Source: Octopus sinensis (Eukaryota). Taken from it: a stretch of DNA of 64,000 nucleotides. Numbering within the stretch: position 1 is the first letter of the stretch; each line of letters starts with the position of its first letter. The stretch is from assembly GCF_006345805.1 (NCBI RefSeq), contig NC_042997.1, forward strand, positions 142,724,001 to 142,788,000. The letters are read 5' to 3'. Under the pieces are notes generated by a model. That model made no database searches. It saw only the letters and a program-made list of their open reading frames with translations, and had not been told where the DNA came from. Made by a program: the position numbers and the translations under genes. Positions 1 to 13,146 of this stretch are shown here, piece by piece.

Positions 1-849
1 TAGTAGTAGACTGGCAGAATTGTTAAGAGTTGGTCAAAATACCTAGTGGTATTTATTCTTTCTGACTACATTCCAAGTTCAAATCCTGTCAACACCTCTA
101 TCTAGAGTTTATAAAATAAACACTAATCAAGTATTGGGAATGTTTTAATCAACTGCTACTTTTGTCTCCCAGTTCAGCTGAGAATCTCAAATGAATCTTC
201 TTGGGACTGCTTACTCTTTAAGAGCAGATGAATCTGTTAACCTTGCCAGCCACTGTACCCCTGTGAGGAGCAGTGATCTCCAATATTACTAGACAGTGAG
301 TCTGGTACAAGTTAATAGAAGAAGAATATAAGTGATTTATGTATAACTATTAAAGATTATGTCATAGGAAAATAAGCTTTCTAATTCTGTTAATTACTCA
401 TTTTACTTAGTACAGCCTTGTAGAAATGTAATTGTTAATAACCAGATGTAGTAATAAATTATTCAATATCAGATTGAATGTAAATTGTGTGTGTGCTTGA
501 GTCTATTAGACCTTCTCATTCATAATGTTAGCTTTCCTGTTAGAGAAAGCAAAAATATAATCACTCAAACTTAAGTTTAAATTTTCCAAAGAAATATATT
601 ACAATATTTTAACAAACCAATCAAATCCAGAGTCTGAGGAAAATGGTGACAATTAGTTGATAGGAGAGGTCATAAAAGAATTCAGTAAGTTTACTTGTGA
701 TGAATGAGGAACCTAATATTTCAAGCATTTGCCCTTCATCTAAAAATCAAAGCCTAAGTCTCCTTTTATAAATATTTAATAAAATGATATATAAAAAAAG
801 AAAGGAAAGCATTCAGACAGTAGCAGCAAAATGTATCACCTATGTGTAG

Positions 850-1330
850 TACTTTACGAGTTAGTAATCATGTAAGAGAAACAACCGAGGCTCTGTGAAA
901 TATTCAAGACATGTTTGGTAAAATATTGTGCGTGTGAGAAATGTCAGGTTTAGGGATGTTAACTGTAGTTGACAAACAGCATGTTATTGATGACCTATGA
1001 AATTTGATTATTGTCAGTGGCACTTAAGGAGGAATTTTCTATGACTGTTAAATTGTTCTAAAATGTCAATGCATGTTCTAAAGGCAGCCATAATATGGTA
1101 AAGAGCCAAATGTAACAATTAATGCCACTTGAATTGTCAGATGTATAATGTAAGAGAGCTTCTCAGATCTCTGCGAGTTCCAAAGTATCTTTTGACAGTT
1201 TAATAATAAAGAGTGGGTACTCTATTAAGATATTAGATTAAACACAGATCCTTTGAATGCAGCTTTTTGAAAAGAACTAGCATACACTAGAATGGAAAGC
1301 AAATCTTCATCCTGATTAAGTTTTGTGCTT
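850..1330 (+). mobile_element. Decayed mariner transposase remnant
   Basis: Interrupted translation gives RETTEAL*NIQDMFG, PLELSDV*CKR, EWVLY and KANLHP. These are in the order of the mariner HTH, WVPHEL, GDEKW and LHPKK motifs, with many stops and frameshifts. Confidence 0.5.
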
Positions 1331-2902
1331 AGTTGAGTAAAGCTAGTATAAAATATCATAACCCAATTATAAAGCTGGTATAAATGAACTATATGCTAAA
1401 ATTCTTTGGTTCTCCAGAAAACAATTGCTCCATTGATGAAGGTATTTGCTTAGGCAAAAAAACTTGTACATATTCCTTACTTTTGCTGTTTTCATGATAC
1501 TATCTATGTAAAGGGTTTCAAAACAATCTTAAATTATCAGAATTACTTTTACAGCAGATGACATATCAAAATATAATACAATTTCTTATACGTCTTGACA
1601 CAAAATCAGTTGAATTTTATTAACTGTATTAATGCGTTTGTTATTTTGCCTTTTTAAATCTTAAGTTGAAATGTCATTACTTATAAAATGTTTTCAAAAC
1701 ATAGAATTAGTAAATATTCCTTCAAACTTGCTTTGTTTAGTGACTTGAACTTAATTTCAACTGAAATAGTTTAGGAAATATTTTGGCACCTATTGCATGT
1801 TGATTTATTGCAGTATTGTAAATAATAGCACAATGACTGATCAGTAGTCAGTATCTGTGTGTGTGTGTCTGTGTGTATGAGTGTGTGTCTGTGTGTATGA
1901 GTGTGTGTGTGTATGGTCTACCAGCTTAATGTCATCAGTTGACATTTATTCTCTCCCTCTTCTGACAAAGTTTCCTACTCAAAACATTAGCCTTTCCTCC
2001 TTCTTTATGACATGAAATATTATTCCACTGTTTCAATAACTTATGTTATTTTTTACCAATGCATGGAATAACTCGTTTCCTCAGATTCTACTGCTTTACA
2101 ATTTAAGATAGGTTTCAAGGATATAAAAACACTAAACTGTTTAACTAATGAGAAAGTAAAATAAACACAAAGTTGTTTAGAGACTATAATTCTTCCAGAA
2201 TAATTATATTTATTTTACTAGAATCAATATTTTTTCCTATACAACCTGATTCTAACTTCAATACTTTATAAAAAGAATGCAGTAGATTTCTCACTCTCTC
2301 TCTTTTTTTTTTTTTTTTGTAATGTTTTTTGTTTGCAAATTCTTGGACCCTATTGTAATGCATGTTTCCTTGGCAAAATATATATATGCATGTCTACCAA
2401 CCTACCTTCCTGATATTTTGCTTTTGTTTGAGCTTTTACTTTGGCAGTAAATTTGTGCATGTAGCCTTCCTCTGCTTCAATAGTTTATATAATGTAATCA
2501 TTAACTTTTTTAAGAATTACTCAATTTTTTCAGCCCTGTTTTAACTTCTGTTCACTTTCCACATAAAACCACACCATAAAATATTGCTGGTAAATAAGTA
2601 ATATTAAAGAGATAGTAAAGAGATAACTAAAAGGATACATGGTTTATACAAATGTAGGAAACATATTACATTTATACTTACTTGTCTGTCTCTCTGTCTC
2701 TTTCTCCTACTATCTTCCTATCTATCTATCAACTTTCCTGTAGCTTATGTTGGTTGACACTACCAAATTGTACAATATTGACCAAAGGTAACAAAATTGT
2801 GAGGATATATGGTTAATAACTATGTGGGGTTGAGCTTGTCTACGTCCATTGTATGTGTTTTTTACTGTGCTACATTTCCACTATATATATATATATATAT
2901 TG

Positions 2903-3192
2903 AATTTGGTCAATGCCAGTGCTCCCTGACTGGCTCCTGTGCCGGTGGCACATAAAGAGCACCATCCAAATATAGTTGATGCCAGTGCCCCTGACTGGCT
3001 TCCATGTTGGTGGCATGTAAAAAGCACCCACTACATACTCAGTGGTTGGCGTTAGGAGGGGCATCCAGCTGTAGAAACACTGCCAGATCAGATTGGAGCC
3101 TGGTGCAACCCACTGGCTTGCCAGACCTCAGTCAAACTGTCCAACCTATACCAGCATGGAAAGCAGACGTTAAATAATGATGATGAGGATGA
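2903..3192 (+). mobile_element. RTE-tailed SINE-like element with 2 internal GTGCCGGTGGCAC units
   Basis: Contains GGCATGTAAAAAGCACCCACTAC, GGCGTTAGGAGGGCATCCAGC and the tail GCATGGAAAGCAGACGTTAAA followed by (TGA)n. Homologous to copies at 36.3-37.4, 43.6 and 62.5 kb. Confidence 0.8.
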
Positions 3193-3412
3193 TTGTGTGT
3201 GTGTGTATATATATGGATGTGTCGGTAAGTATATATGTGAGTGTTTATAAGTGAAGAAGTCTGTTTTATAATCACTAGTGTCTTGACCATACCCTTGGGA
3301 TGTTGCAACTGTGTGGATGTACCTGTGATTTATATTGCCAACCTAGGTAAGATTTGAACCCAAAGGGAAAAAACAATGTAACTAAATGCCACAAAGCATT
3401 GTATCTAACACT

Positions 3413-3421
3413 ATGATGATA

Positions 3422-3456
<35 letters not shown>

Positions 3457-3538
3457 AATAATGATAATAATAATAATGATGATGATAATAATAATAATAA
3501 TAGTAGTAGTAGTAGTAATAATAATAATAATAATAATA
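3413..3538. repeat. Compound (AAT/GAT/TAG)n microsatellite
   Basis: Read directly from the sequence; explains the poly-Tyr/His ORF 3275..3655. Confidence 0.95.
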
Positions 3539-4376
3539 CTGGGAAGAAGTGGCTAGTAAAAGACCAAAGTCCAACACACACACACAATCATACAAGCACA
3601 TAAGCATATGCATTGATACACAAATATACACTATTAGATACATGGTCAAGTACACTCATGCCTACACAGGTACAGCTCTTTCATTACTTCTTCCCATGCT
3701 GTCTTTATTAATTTCTCCTCTACCATCTCAAACAAATCGCCCTGTTTCTCTCATCATGCTTTTGCTTCCTTCTCTCTCTTACCTAGTTCATTCTCCATTA
3801 ATACTCTTCTTCTGATGTTGTTTCAAATAGAGGCTCTGGAATCTTTTGTGATGTACAAAGTAACCTCTCTGTTGCTGATGCCATGATAAAATACACTAAG
3901 TATATTCTATAAATGGTTGGCAAATGAATGGGGATAACATAACTTTGAAAGAAACCTTTAGCCTGATCAAGGGCATGTCAATTTCTCTAGTGCTCATGCC
4001 TCATTAAAATGCTTCCAGTACACTCTGTAAATGGTTGGCAATAGAAAAGGCATCTAGCCATAGAAATCAAACCAAAATTGGCACATACTGTATTTGATGA
4101 TATATAAGACACATTTTTCCAAATAATTTTCTCAAAAAAAACCCCTCAGGTCTTATATACAAAGTTGAACTTGTACCACATGCTTTCATGAACTCAAAAC
4201 TTTTTTCCTGCATATCGGGGTGCCTCTAATATGTTTGTATGCCTTGATTGTCCTTCAACCTGATTGAGAGGACAATAACTCCAAATAAGAATTGTCTCAA
4301 ACTGTACAGGCCCATCCAACTATTTCAGAGTTTAAAATGGATGTTAAAATGATGATGATGATGATGGTAAGTACAT

Positions 4377-4420
<44 letters not shown>

Positions 4421-4877
4421 TTAGCATTTATGCAAGTTGTGCAGGTGTATCTCAATCTGAATGAAAAAGATTTTGAATTATATTAGAATAACAATTCCAA
4501 AATAAGTAATATTAAATCTAAATTGGCTATATCTATATTATCCGTTACATCCCTTCAGGTTGATTGGGGTGAGGTAGTTTATTAAGGGCTGTAACCTTCT
4601 GCTCTCAATTACTGACTGTGAACCTTAACCTTATATAAAACAGCATTAAAGTGTTCAGATTGTATCATCTATTTATTCAAGATTACTAATGAGTTATATC
4701 ATGCAGTCTGTTTAGTAGAGAATGTTATCATCTCATTTACATTCAGATATACAAATTAGTAAATACAATAACTTTATTTCATTAATATATATCACCATTA
4801 TCATCATAATCATAATAATCCTTTCTAGTATTCTACATAATAATCCTCTCTACTAGAAAGGTTTATTATTACTATAA

Positions 4878-5300
4878 TAATCCTTTCTACTATATAGGCA
4901 TAAGGCCTAAAATTTTAACAAGAGGGGTCTAATCAATTGCATTGCCCCTTGCGCTCGACCAGTACCCCAAAGTGAGGAAAGGCAAAATCAACCTCAGTGG
5001 CATTTGAACCCAGAACATATAGCCTGAGGAAATGCCACTAAGCATTTTATCACATAAGGTAACAATTCTGCCTGATCACCACCATTATCATAATCATCAT
5101 CATCATCATAATAATAACGATCTTTTCTACTAAAGACACAAGGCCTAAAATTGGGGGAAGGGGATAGTCAATTTCATTGACCACAAAAGGATGAAAGCAA
5201 AGTCGACCTCAGCGGAATTTGAACTCAGAACATAGGGACAGATGAAATGCTGCTAAGCATTTTATCTGATGTACTAACAATTCTGCCAGCTCACCATCTG
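4878..5300 (-). mobile_element. Two head-to-tail copies of the (ATT)n-flanked tRNA-headed SINE
   Basis: Reverse complement contains GAGCTGGCAGAATTG (A-box-like), GAGTTCAAATTCC (B box) and TTTCATCCTTT. The copies are joined by (ATC/AAT)n. Confidence 0.75.
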
Positions 5301-6108
5301 GAAAATCATAATAATTATAATAATAATAACAATTCCATTTCTTTTTTCGAGCTGGCATAAGTTGGATGAGGTTGCTTAACAACAAATGTCTCAAATTTTC
5401 AATCTGGCATTGTCTTATGTATGAAATCTACTTTCCACAACTCTGATTTCACTATTTAATCCCAGATGATCCTTGATAAATTTACTATTAGTTTCAACTG
5501 TCTTCCACCTCTGACATATGGTCATTGTACATTCAGTATATGTCAGTTATTAATATTATATGTCTGCAGTAGAATAGCAATCTCTCCTGTCATTTTTTTT
5601 TTATAAATTTCGTTTTTCTTTTCTTTTTTTCCCTTGCCACTTGTGCTTTCTCATAGATTAATATAACAATTTCAATAGATTGTACCCAACTCTCCAGTTG
5701 CTGCAGAAAGAACATCAGTATTCACCATCATGTTTTGCTGCTGCAGAACATCACATTTCTGACACACATCTTAGAAAGCTACATTGCATACTAAGTGAAA
5801 TATGTTTTCTTAGTATTTTTTATGTAGGTATATGAATGTAGTGCCAAGTAATGGAAACATATAAAGTCATAAATATAAGCTAATATTGAACAGTAAGAAC
5901 GATAGCTCAAAACTGCATTGGTAGATAAATATTCTTTATTTGTGAGTTGACAAGGCAACCAATGGTTTCATGTTAGAATATCATCACAATTGTTCAAGTC
6001 TACTACATGGAAATGTTGGTACTCATCTCCCTTTGGGATTTCACATATATGTGTGTGTGTGTGTGTGTGTGTGTAAATATATATATATAAAATATGTATG
6101 TGTGTATG

Positions 6109-6140
<32 letters not shown>

Positions 6141-6147
6141 ATATATC

Positions 6148-6550
6148 ATTGTCATCATCATTTAACGTCTGCTTTCCATGCTGGCATGGGTAAGATGGTT
6201 TGACAGGAGATGGCTAAGCAGAAGACTGCACCAGGCTTCTCTGTCTGTTTTGTCAGGGTTTTTATGGCTGAATGCCCTTCCTAACACCATATATATATAT
6301 CACCATTATTTAACATCCATTTTCTATGCTGGCATGGGCTGGATGGTTGACAGTCTGACAAGACTGCACCAAGATCTGCTGTCTGCTTTGTCATGGTTTC
6401 CATAGCTGAATCCTTCCTAACACCAATCACTGTATAAGTGCTTTTTATATAGCACCAGCACCAGTGAGGTTACCAAGTACTTGCGGGACAAATATCCCTC
6501 AACTGAAAGAGGAAGTGGTATTGAGGGAGGTGACTTTGTGCCAGGTAATG
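6148..6550 (-). mobile_element. Two RTE-tailed SINE-like copies
   Basis: Both start with TCATCATTTAAC...TTTCCATGCTGGCATGGG (reverse-complemented tail) and carry GCCCTTCCTAACACCA-type sequence. Confidence 0.75.
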
Positions 6551-6569
6551 AGAGAGTAAACTATGATAG

Positions 6570-6920
6570 AGAGACATAAACAGGTATTTTGTTGTAGAGG
6601 AGATACATGGTTATTCCAGTTGGAAAAGGGAGAAAATGGTAATACAGAGAGGTGAACGTGTAAATGGAGTGTTACAGAAGATTGAACAGAGTGAGTGAGC
6701 AGGGAGCTCACAAGAGTGCAAAGGTGGAGAGGGGAGGAGAAGGAGAATGCAAGAAGTGAGTGTATAAGGGAGTGGCAGGGTAGCAGTGATACAGTTGACA
6801 GACAGAGGACAGGAGATAAAGATGACAAAGCATCAGTGGGCTGCAGGAATTGAGTGAGAGACAAGCATAGTGAATGAAGAGATGTATTTTGGTTCATTGA
6901 GGAGGTGGGGGGTGAATTAA
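6570..6920 (-). mobile_element. Possible CR1/L2-like LINE 3' remnant
   Basis: Pyrimidine-rich minus strand whose translation (LSSLSPVL...HSL...WNNHVSP) loosely resembles CR1/L2-group C-termini; weak. Confidence 0.3.
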
Positions 6921-7019
6921 TAGCCAGCATGGAAGGCAGATATTAAGCACTGATGATGATGATGTGAGTGGCATACACAGCACTTTCGAAATCTGTTTCA
7001 CTTAAGTGGATGAGTCTGC

Positions 7020-7165
7020 TCAAGAACACCCCTCCCCCCGGTATCACCAGACATTTCAGTTTGTTGTCATTTCCTCTGTGAGGCTCGACATCTTGAGATC
7101 AGTCCTCACTACTTCATCTCATGTCTTCTTGGGTTTCCTTCATTCACAGGATCCGTCCAATTTTA
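7020..7165 (-). mobile_element. RTE LINE ORF C-terminal fragment
   Basis: Minus translation RKPKKT*DEVVRTDLKMSSLTEEMT matches the RTE GRPRKTWxEVVxxDL terminal motif. Confidence 0.65.
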
Positions 7166-7770
7166 GAAATGTACACGACATTATATACATGCGCGTGCAC
7201 ACACACATACACACACACACACACATATGTTCAGCATGACCACAGGTGCATGTTGAAGCATGCAAAAATTATGTGTATACATATATATATATACAACATT
7301 TGCTAAGAAGTGTCAAAGCAGACTGTTTAGTCTACCTCAAATATGCACAAACATACATGCACTTACTGAACAACATTTTATTACTAATTTAGTTTTTCTT
7401 TATTTATCTGCTGAATTTGCTACAAATTTAGAGTAGAAATTCCAAACATGGAAGCAAAACCTGGAAACAAGAGGTCTTAAAATAAACCTTGTAAAGATAA
7501 ACATTTTAGTTAGCAGCAAATAAGGTAGGACTCTAATTTTATCTGGGAAGTGGAATTATGCAGAAAAAAATATTAACAAGACCTCCATATGATGTGCCTA
7601 AATGTAAATTATAGGTGCACAAGAGATGCAGTGGAATTACCAGCAGGCTGACAGAGAAAGAATACCTCATGCAACTGATGCACAGGAATAGTCAGCAAAT
7701 AGTATGAGCACTCATGAAATAAATTCATTCAAACGCTTGAAAAGTTTGCTTAAAGTAGTTGATAGCTTCT

Positions 7771-8003
7771 TATTTCTTTATTGCCCACAAGGGCCTAAAC
7801 ATAGAGGGAACAAACAAGGACAGACAAAGGGATTAAGTCAATTACATTGACCCCAATGCGTAACTGGTACTTAATTTATCGACCCTGAAAGGATGAAAGG
7901 CAAAGTTGACCTCAGTAGAATTTGAACTCCAAACGTAACAGCAGATGAAATACCGCTAAGCATTTCGCCCGGCGTGCTAACGTCTCTGCCAACTAGCCGC
8001 TTT
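7771..8003 (-). mobile_element. Young tRNA-headed SINE with 15-bp target-site duplication
   Basis: TAGTTGATAGCTTCT occurs at 7756-7770 and 8004-8018. CpGs are retained, and A/B-box-like motifs and CCTTTCATCCTTTCAGGGTCGATAAATTAAGTACCAG are intact. Confidence 0.9.
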
Positions 8004-8229
8004 TAGTTGATAGCTTCTGTGAATGAGATGATCTAAATAGCGCACAGTGGGGGGGGGGCGTTCTGAAAGTATGACAGTCGAAGTAAGAATGGGGGGGAGT
8101 GCTTGGTTCAGAGGGATTTTTTTCTCTGAGTGAAGAGCAGATTGATTATTGTGCGATGAATGCAACGGTAGTAAAACATGTGCACTGATTGCAGAAAATG
8201 TGCAGAAGGTGGAAAGAAACGAGGCAAGC

Positions 8230-8545
8230 ATGCTCTACTGGATGTGTTATGTTACTGTGTAAGAATAATGGAATACAAATGAGCTGAGAGAAAAACTAAA
8301 TATAAGACAAATCAGATGTAGTGTGCAAAAGTGGTATGGCCATATATGTATGAAGGATGGCATTTGAATAATGGGGTACCAAACAATTCAAGTAGAAGGA
8401 ACCTGTAGAAGAGGAAAACACAGGTAGTAATGAAAGCTGAGATCAGGAGAGGACAAGAAATTACAAGTGGCACAATGTCATGCTACCTATACAAGCATGG
8501 AAAACAGAAGCAAAATGAGAATGATGATGATGATGATAATATTGA
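8230..8545 (+). mobile_element. RTE LINE 3' fragment, probable partner of the (TGA)n-tailed SINE-like family
   Basis: Translation ELREKLNIRQIRCSVQK/WYGH...VEGTCRRGK, ending in GCATGGAAAAC...(TGA)n like the SINE tail. Confidence 0.65.
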
Positions 8546-9138
8546 TGATGATTATTATTATTTACTTGATTCATAAAACCAAAGCATTACATTGTCTTCA
8601 CTTTTTATTAGTTTCTGTAGAGTAAAAGATAACTAGCTAATTCACAGCATAATCCTCTGTTGAGGAAATCTTAGTTTATATGAGGTTTTAAAATGAAATA
8701 GCATTTCAAGTACTTCTCTGCATTTCCACATATCCATATATATTTTTTTTTTTAATTCTTTTATTTCTATGTTCTTAAGTTTCATACTGCATGCTAATTC
8801 TGTCTCCTTTATATTTTTCTTTTCCCCTAGTGTCTCATAAATTTGTTTCATGTCTCTTTTTTTTAATCACTATATGTTCCTCTCCCACCACTTTTACCTT
8901 CCAGTTGGTACTGCACTGTGTTTTAATTCCCAAAATCTGTTTTGAGTTAAAGAAATAAAAGACAATCCTATTTTAGTCTGAGAGAAGCAGAATTATTTTT
9001 CGCTCTTCAATGACCAGCTTATGATAAAATGAATTTCCATTGTCTAAAGCCTCACCTTAAAACACTTCACTGAAAACAAACAAAAAATTTGTACAGTTAA
9101 CCCTTCTTTTAAAATACCTGATTCTTTCATTTCCACAG

Positions 9139-9324
9139 ATGGTGACTTCTTACCCTTCAGTAACTCCTCAGTCATGCATGCAGCTGATAGATTATTGATC
9201 AGTTATTTGGCATGATATTTCCAATATTTTATCAAAATTCTTCATCTTTATATCTGATGGAGAAGCCTCTGAACTTGAAGAATATAAAAATATGGTTTTG
9301 AGCCTGCAATGCTGCTTCATGAGT
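9139..9324 (+). pseudogene. Exon-shaped 62-codon segment with one in-frame TGA; product unknown
   Basis: Acceptor TTCTTTCATTTCCACAG and donor AGT/GTGAGT, phase 0-0. The only stop is TGA at 9196-9198. Confidence 0.3.
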
Positions 9325-9624
9325 GTGAGTTGAAGTATGCTCAGTAAGCACACAGCAATGCTGCTCTCAGGCAGGAAGTTTCTTAATGTATAACTGAGAT
9401 ATGGCTGTAGAATAAGTGGTGGGCATGATGGGCCACATGCAGAAGATGAAAGATAAATTAATGTGCATGTATATGTGTGTGTATGTATACACACACATAC
9501 ACATATATATATACACACACACACATATATATATGTATGCTTATATACACATATATATGGGTGTATTCCTGCATATTTTTGTGTGTATTCCTCTTTCCAA
9601 AATTTCAGGCTTTTTGACAGAATA

Positions 9625-9821
9625 CTGAGGTGTTGGGAAAATGCTTTGTGGTGTTTAGTCAACTCCTTTACATTCTCAGTTGAAATCCTACCAAGGTCAA
9701 CTTTGCCTTTCATCCTTATGCATTGGATAAAATAAGTACCAGTCAATTTCTGGGGTCGGTGGTATTAACTACACCCCCTTCCTTCAGAAACACTGGTCTT
9801 GTACCTAAATTAGAAACAAAA

Positions 9822-9877
<56 letters not shown>

Positions 9878-10005
9878 CAAGGTCAGCTTTGCCTTTCATC
9901 CTTTCGGGGTTGATAAAATAAGTACCAGCTGAGTACTGGGGTCACTGTAATTGGCTTATTCCCTCTCCTGAAATTTCAAGCCCTGTGCCTATAGTAGAAA
10001 GGATT
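9625..10005 (+). mobile_element. Two (ATT)n-joined tRNA-headed SINE copies
   Basis: CAAGGTCAACTTTGCCTTTCATCC core occurs twice; (ATT)n at about 9823-9873. Confidence 0.8.
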
Positions 10006-10039
10006 ATTATTATTGTTGTTGTTATTGTTACAAATTATA

Positions 10040-10375
10040 TTAGTTAGCACAGATGTTGTCTTGAGGTTTGGTAACAACAAGTTTCCTCAAGTCTCAAGAA
10101 TCATTCTTAGGATTTTTGCAGAATACAAGATTCTGCTTTTCTGCAAGTCAACAATCTGAGGGTTAATTTCAATATCCTTCAGCTTCTTAGGTAGCAGTTT
10201 GGGTGTTGTGCTAATTGCACCAATTATCACAGGAATAATTGTCATCTTAGTTTTCTGCAATCTCTTCATCGTTCTGGTTAGGTTCTGATATTTCTCAGTT
10301 TTATCAATGTTTTTGGTATCCATTCTATTATCACATGGTATTGCAAAATCTATAATATTATTACATTTTATTATC
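10040..10375 (-). mobile_element. R4/Dong-like non-LTR retrotransposon 3' fragment (restriction-like endonuclease domain)
   Basis: ORF 10087..10380 reads IIDFAIPCDNRMDTKNIDKTEKYQNL...IIPVIIGAI...LQKSRILYSAKILR, fitting the RLE D..P.D...K..KY..L...P...G..G layout. It is flanked by (TAA)n on its sense strand. Confidence 0.85.
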
Positions 10376-11027
10376 TTCATTATTATTATTATTATTATTA
10401 TTATTGTGGATTGGCAGAATTGTTTTTATTCCAGCTCTTTACATTCTGCATCCAAGTTCTGTTTTTCAGCAATTCAGTTCAATAAAATGTTGTCCCATTC
10501 AAGAAATGTGGTCTATTTAATTAACTAACCTCTTCAGCAAAAACGTTCTGGCCTTGTGCCTATGTTGAAAATTATTGTTGTTGTTATAAGCCAAAGCTTC
10601 CTTAAATTAACTCTGAGTTTCATGTTGCTAGTTATTTATATGACTGAAATAGTGACACCCCCATAACAATATATAAGCAAAACTATTCACAAATACATTG
10701 AAGTATAAGTCATTGAGATTTGTTCAGATTCTGAAAAACCTTTTGGATAGCCATCACACATTCATCTATTCAATTTTCATACACAGAACATGTGATATAT
10801 TCATCTGTTTACATGCAAAGATACATGATGTTCTCATGTCTTCAGTATCATATGTATAGAACACACATAAGCAGAGAAGGTGGCTATTGTTTATGATGTT
10901 TTAGTATTGATGACTATATGAATGTTTTTTTCTTTTTAATATTATATGACATCTTTCAGAGTGTGATAATTAAATTATGTAGATAAATTATTTTAATCAG
11001 TTGATAGTTGAAAATTTCTTAGTAAAT

Positions 11028-11407
11028 AGGTGCAGGCATGGCTGTGTGGTTCAGCAGCTTGCTTTGCAACCACGTGGTTTCAGGTTCAGTCCCACTGCAC
11101 AGCACCTTGGACAAATGTCTTCTGCTACAGCCCCAGGTGTACCAATGTCTTCTGAGTGAATTTGATAAATGAAAACTATGGAAGCCCGCCATGTACATAT
11201 ATATATTTATATGTATGTATGTGTGCTCATGTTTGTTCCCCAACACTGCTTGACAACCAGTGTTGGTTTGTTTACATCCCTGTAACTGGTTTCATAAAAG
11301 AGACCAGTAGAATAAGTAGTTAGGTTGATTTGTTTGATTAAACCCATCAAGGCAATATCCCTTGCATGGCTGCAGTCTAATGACTGAAACAAGTAAAAAA
11401 TAAAAGA
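11028..11407 (+). mobile_element. Full-length CORE-type tRNA SINE (octopus OR1/OR2-like)
   Basis: Head GGCTGTGTGGTT...GGTTCAGTCCC, core GCACCTTGGACAAATGTCTT, internal microsatellite and tail GACTGAAACAAGTAAAA. Confidence 0.85.
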
Positions 11408-12012
11408 TGTATACCTATCGAAGTGTCTACAAGTTTTCATCAATTATGATTTTTTTGTTTAAATTTTAAAAGGTTGCAATGGAATGTCATACTTCAAAGA
11501 GACACATAAGTCACACATTGAACAATTAAAGTAGGAAGGTGTATGTCATATTAAGATTTTTATTAGAAATAGTGTTATTGTAAGCTACAGTTACATCAAA
11601 ACCTTTGCTGGTCCTATGGCCAAGAAAAAACAGAAGAAATCTGTATAAACTACACCACACTCACCTCTAATTTCAACAACTTCAATATCTACCCACCAAA
11701 AGGTATATTTTATAAGGCTCATTGAAAATCCTTTTAAAAATGTGTGGCACAGCTTCTGCCAGCGTTTTGGGCAACCAGTTAAATCTCTGTATGGTTAATT
11801 ATATTTCCATATGTTTATGAAGATATTTGTTTATATATTGTCAAACTACTCCCCTTCATCAGTTGGTTAAATAATCAGTTATGTGAAACCCAGATTTATG
11901 AGTCAAAAAGCTTTGTCTTATATATATAGATGCACCTCCACTCATATATATCTATATATATATACACAAATATCTATATGTTCTTATATATGTATATGTG
12001 TATGTATACGTA

Positions 12013-12258
12013 GTGGAGGCTCATGGCTTAGTGGTTGGGGTATTGGACTCATGATTGTAAGATTGTGATTCCAATTCCTGGATCAGGCAATGCATTGTGT
12101 TCTTGAGCAAAACACTTCCTTTCACATTGCTCCAGTCCACTCAGCTGGTAAAAATGAGTAATCCTGCGATGGACTGGCATCCCGTCCAGGAGTATATACA
12201 TCATTGAAACCGGGAAACCAGCCCTCATGAGCCTGGCATGGCTCAAGAAGGAAACTTT
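12013..12258 (+). mobile_element. Second tRNA-headed SINE family
   Basis: A box TGGCTTAGTGG, B-box-like GATTCCAATTCC, CORE-like GTGTTCTTGAGCAAAACACTT and 3' GCGATGGACTGGCATCCCGTCCAGG. Confidence 0.7.
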
Positions 12259-12757
12259 TATTTTTTTATTTATGTATATGTATGTATGTATATATATGTA
12301 TATATATATATATATATATATTTAAAATCATAATTTTCGTTCACCTTTCTTCATACTACTTTTTATTATATTTTTTCTATGTTTTGTTTATTAATCACAA
12401 TTCATCTTATTTGGTTATTTGATTGTACTTGAGATGCAATCATTCTTTTCAAAATTATTAATTCTCCATTTCAGCCAAAATGGTTTCTGCTATTTTTTAC
12501 TTTTACTTCACAATTAATACCTGATTCTATTGAAAGTCTTCATTGCTGCTTTACTTGACCAGTTTTTATTTCTTCTTTTGATGAAATCAATGTGTCACTT
12601 TGCTAATGTTTCCCTTTTTTTTTTTTTTTTTTTTGGTCATTCTCAGTTTTATTTTTTTATTCATTTATATATTCTCACTTAATGGAAGTCATCCAATGTG
12701 TTTGTGTGTATGTGTAACACTCATTGAGACTGTCTGAAATATAAAAATAACATTGTG

Positions 12758-12968
12758 CTCTTTACTCTTTTACTTGTTTCACTCATTTGACCATCGCCAT
12801 GCTGGTACACCACCTTGTAGGATTAGTTGGACGAAATCTTAACTCCCCCACCTCAATGCTTAAAATTAGTACTGTGGGATGGGAGATTCTATCAGTCTCT
12901 TTGACTGAACTGGTAAGTTATGGAGATGTAAATAAACCAACACTGATTGTCAAATGGTGGGGGCACAC

Positions 12969-13004
<36 letters not shown>

Positions 13005-13146
13005 TCCATCTAACAAATGTACTCACAGAGCATTGATATGCCCAGGGCTATAGTAGATAACACTTATCCAAAGTGTCATGCAGTGAAACTGAACCTGAGA
13101 CCATATAACTGCAAGGTGGACTCCTTAAGCACACAGCCATGTCTTT
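12758..13146 (-). mobile_element. CORE-type SINE, degenerate
   Basis: Homologous to 59259-59641 in reverse orientation. Confidence 0.75.
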
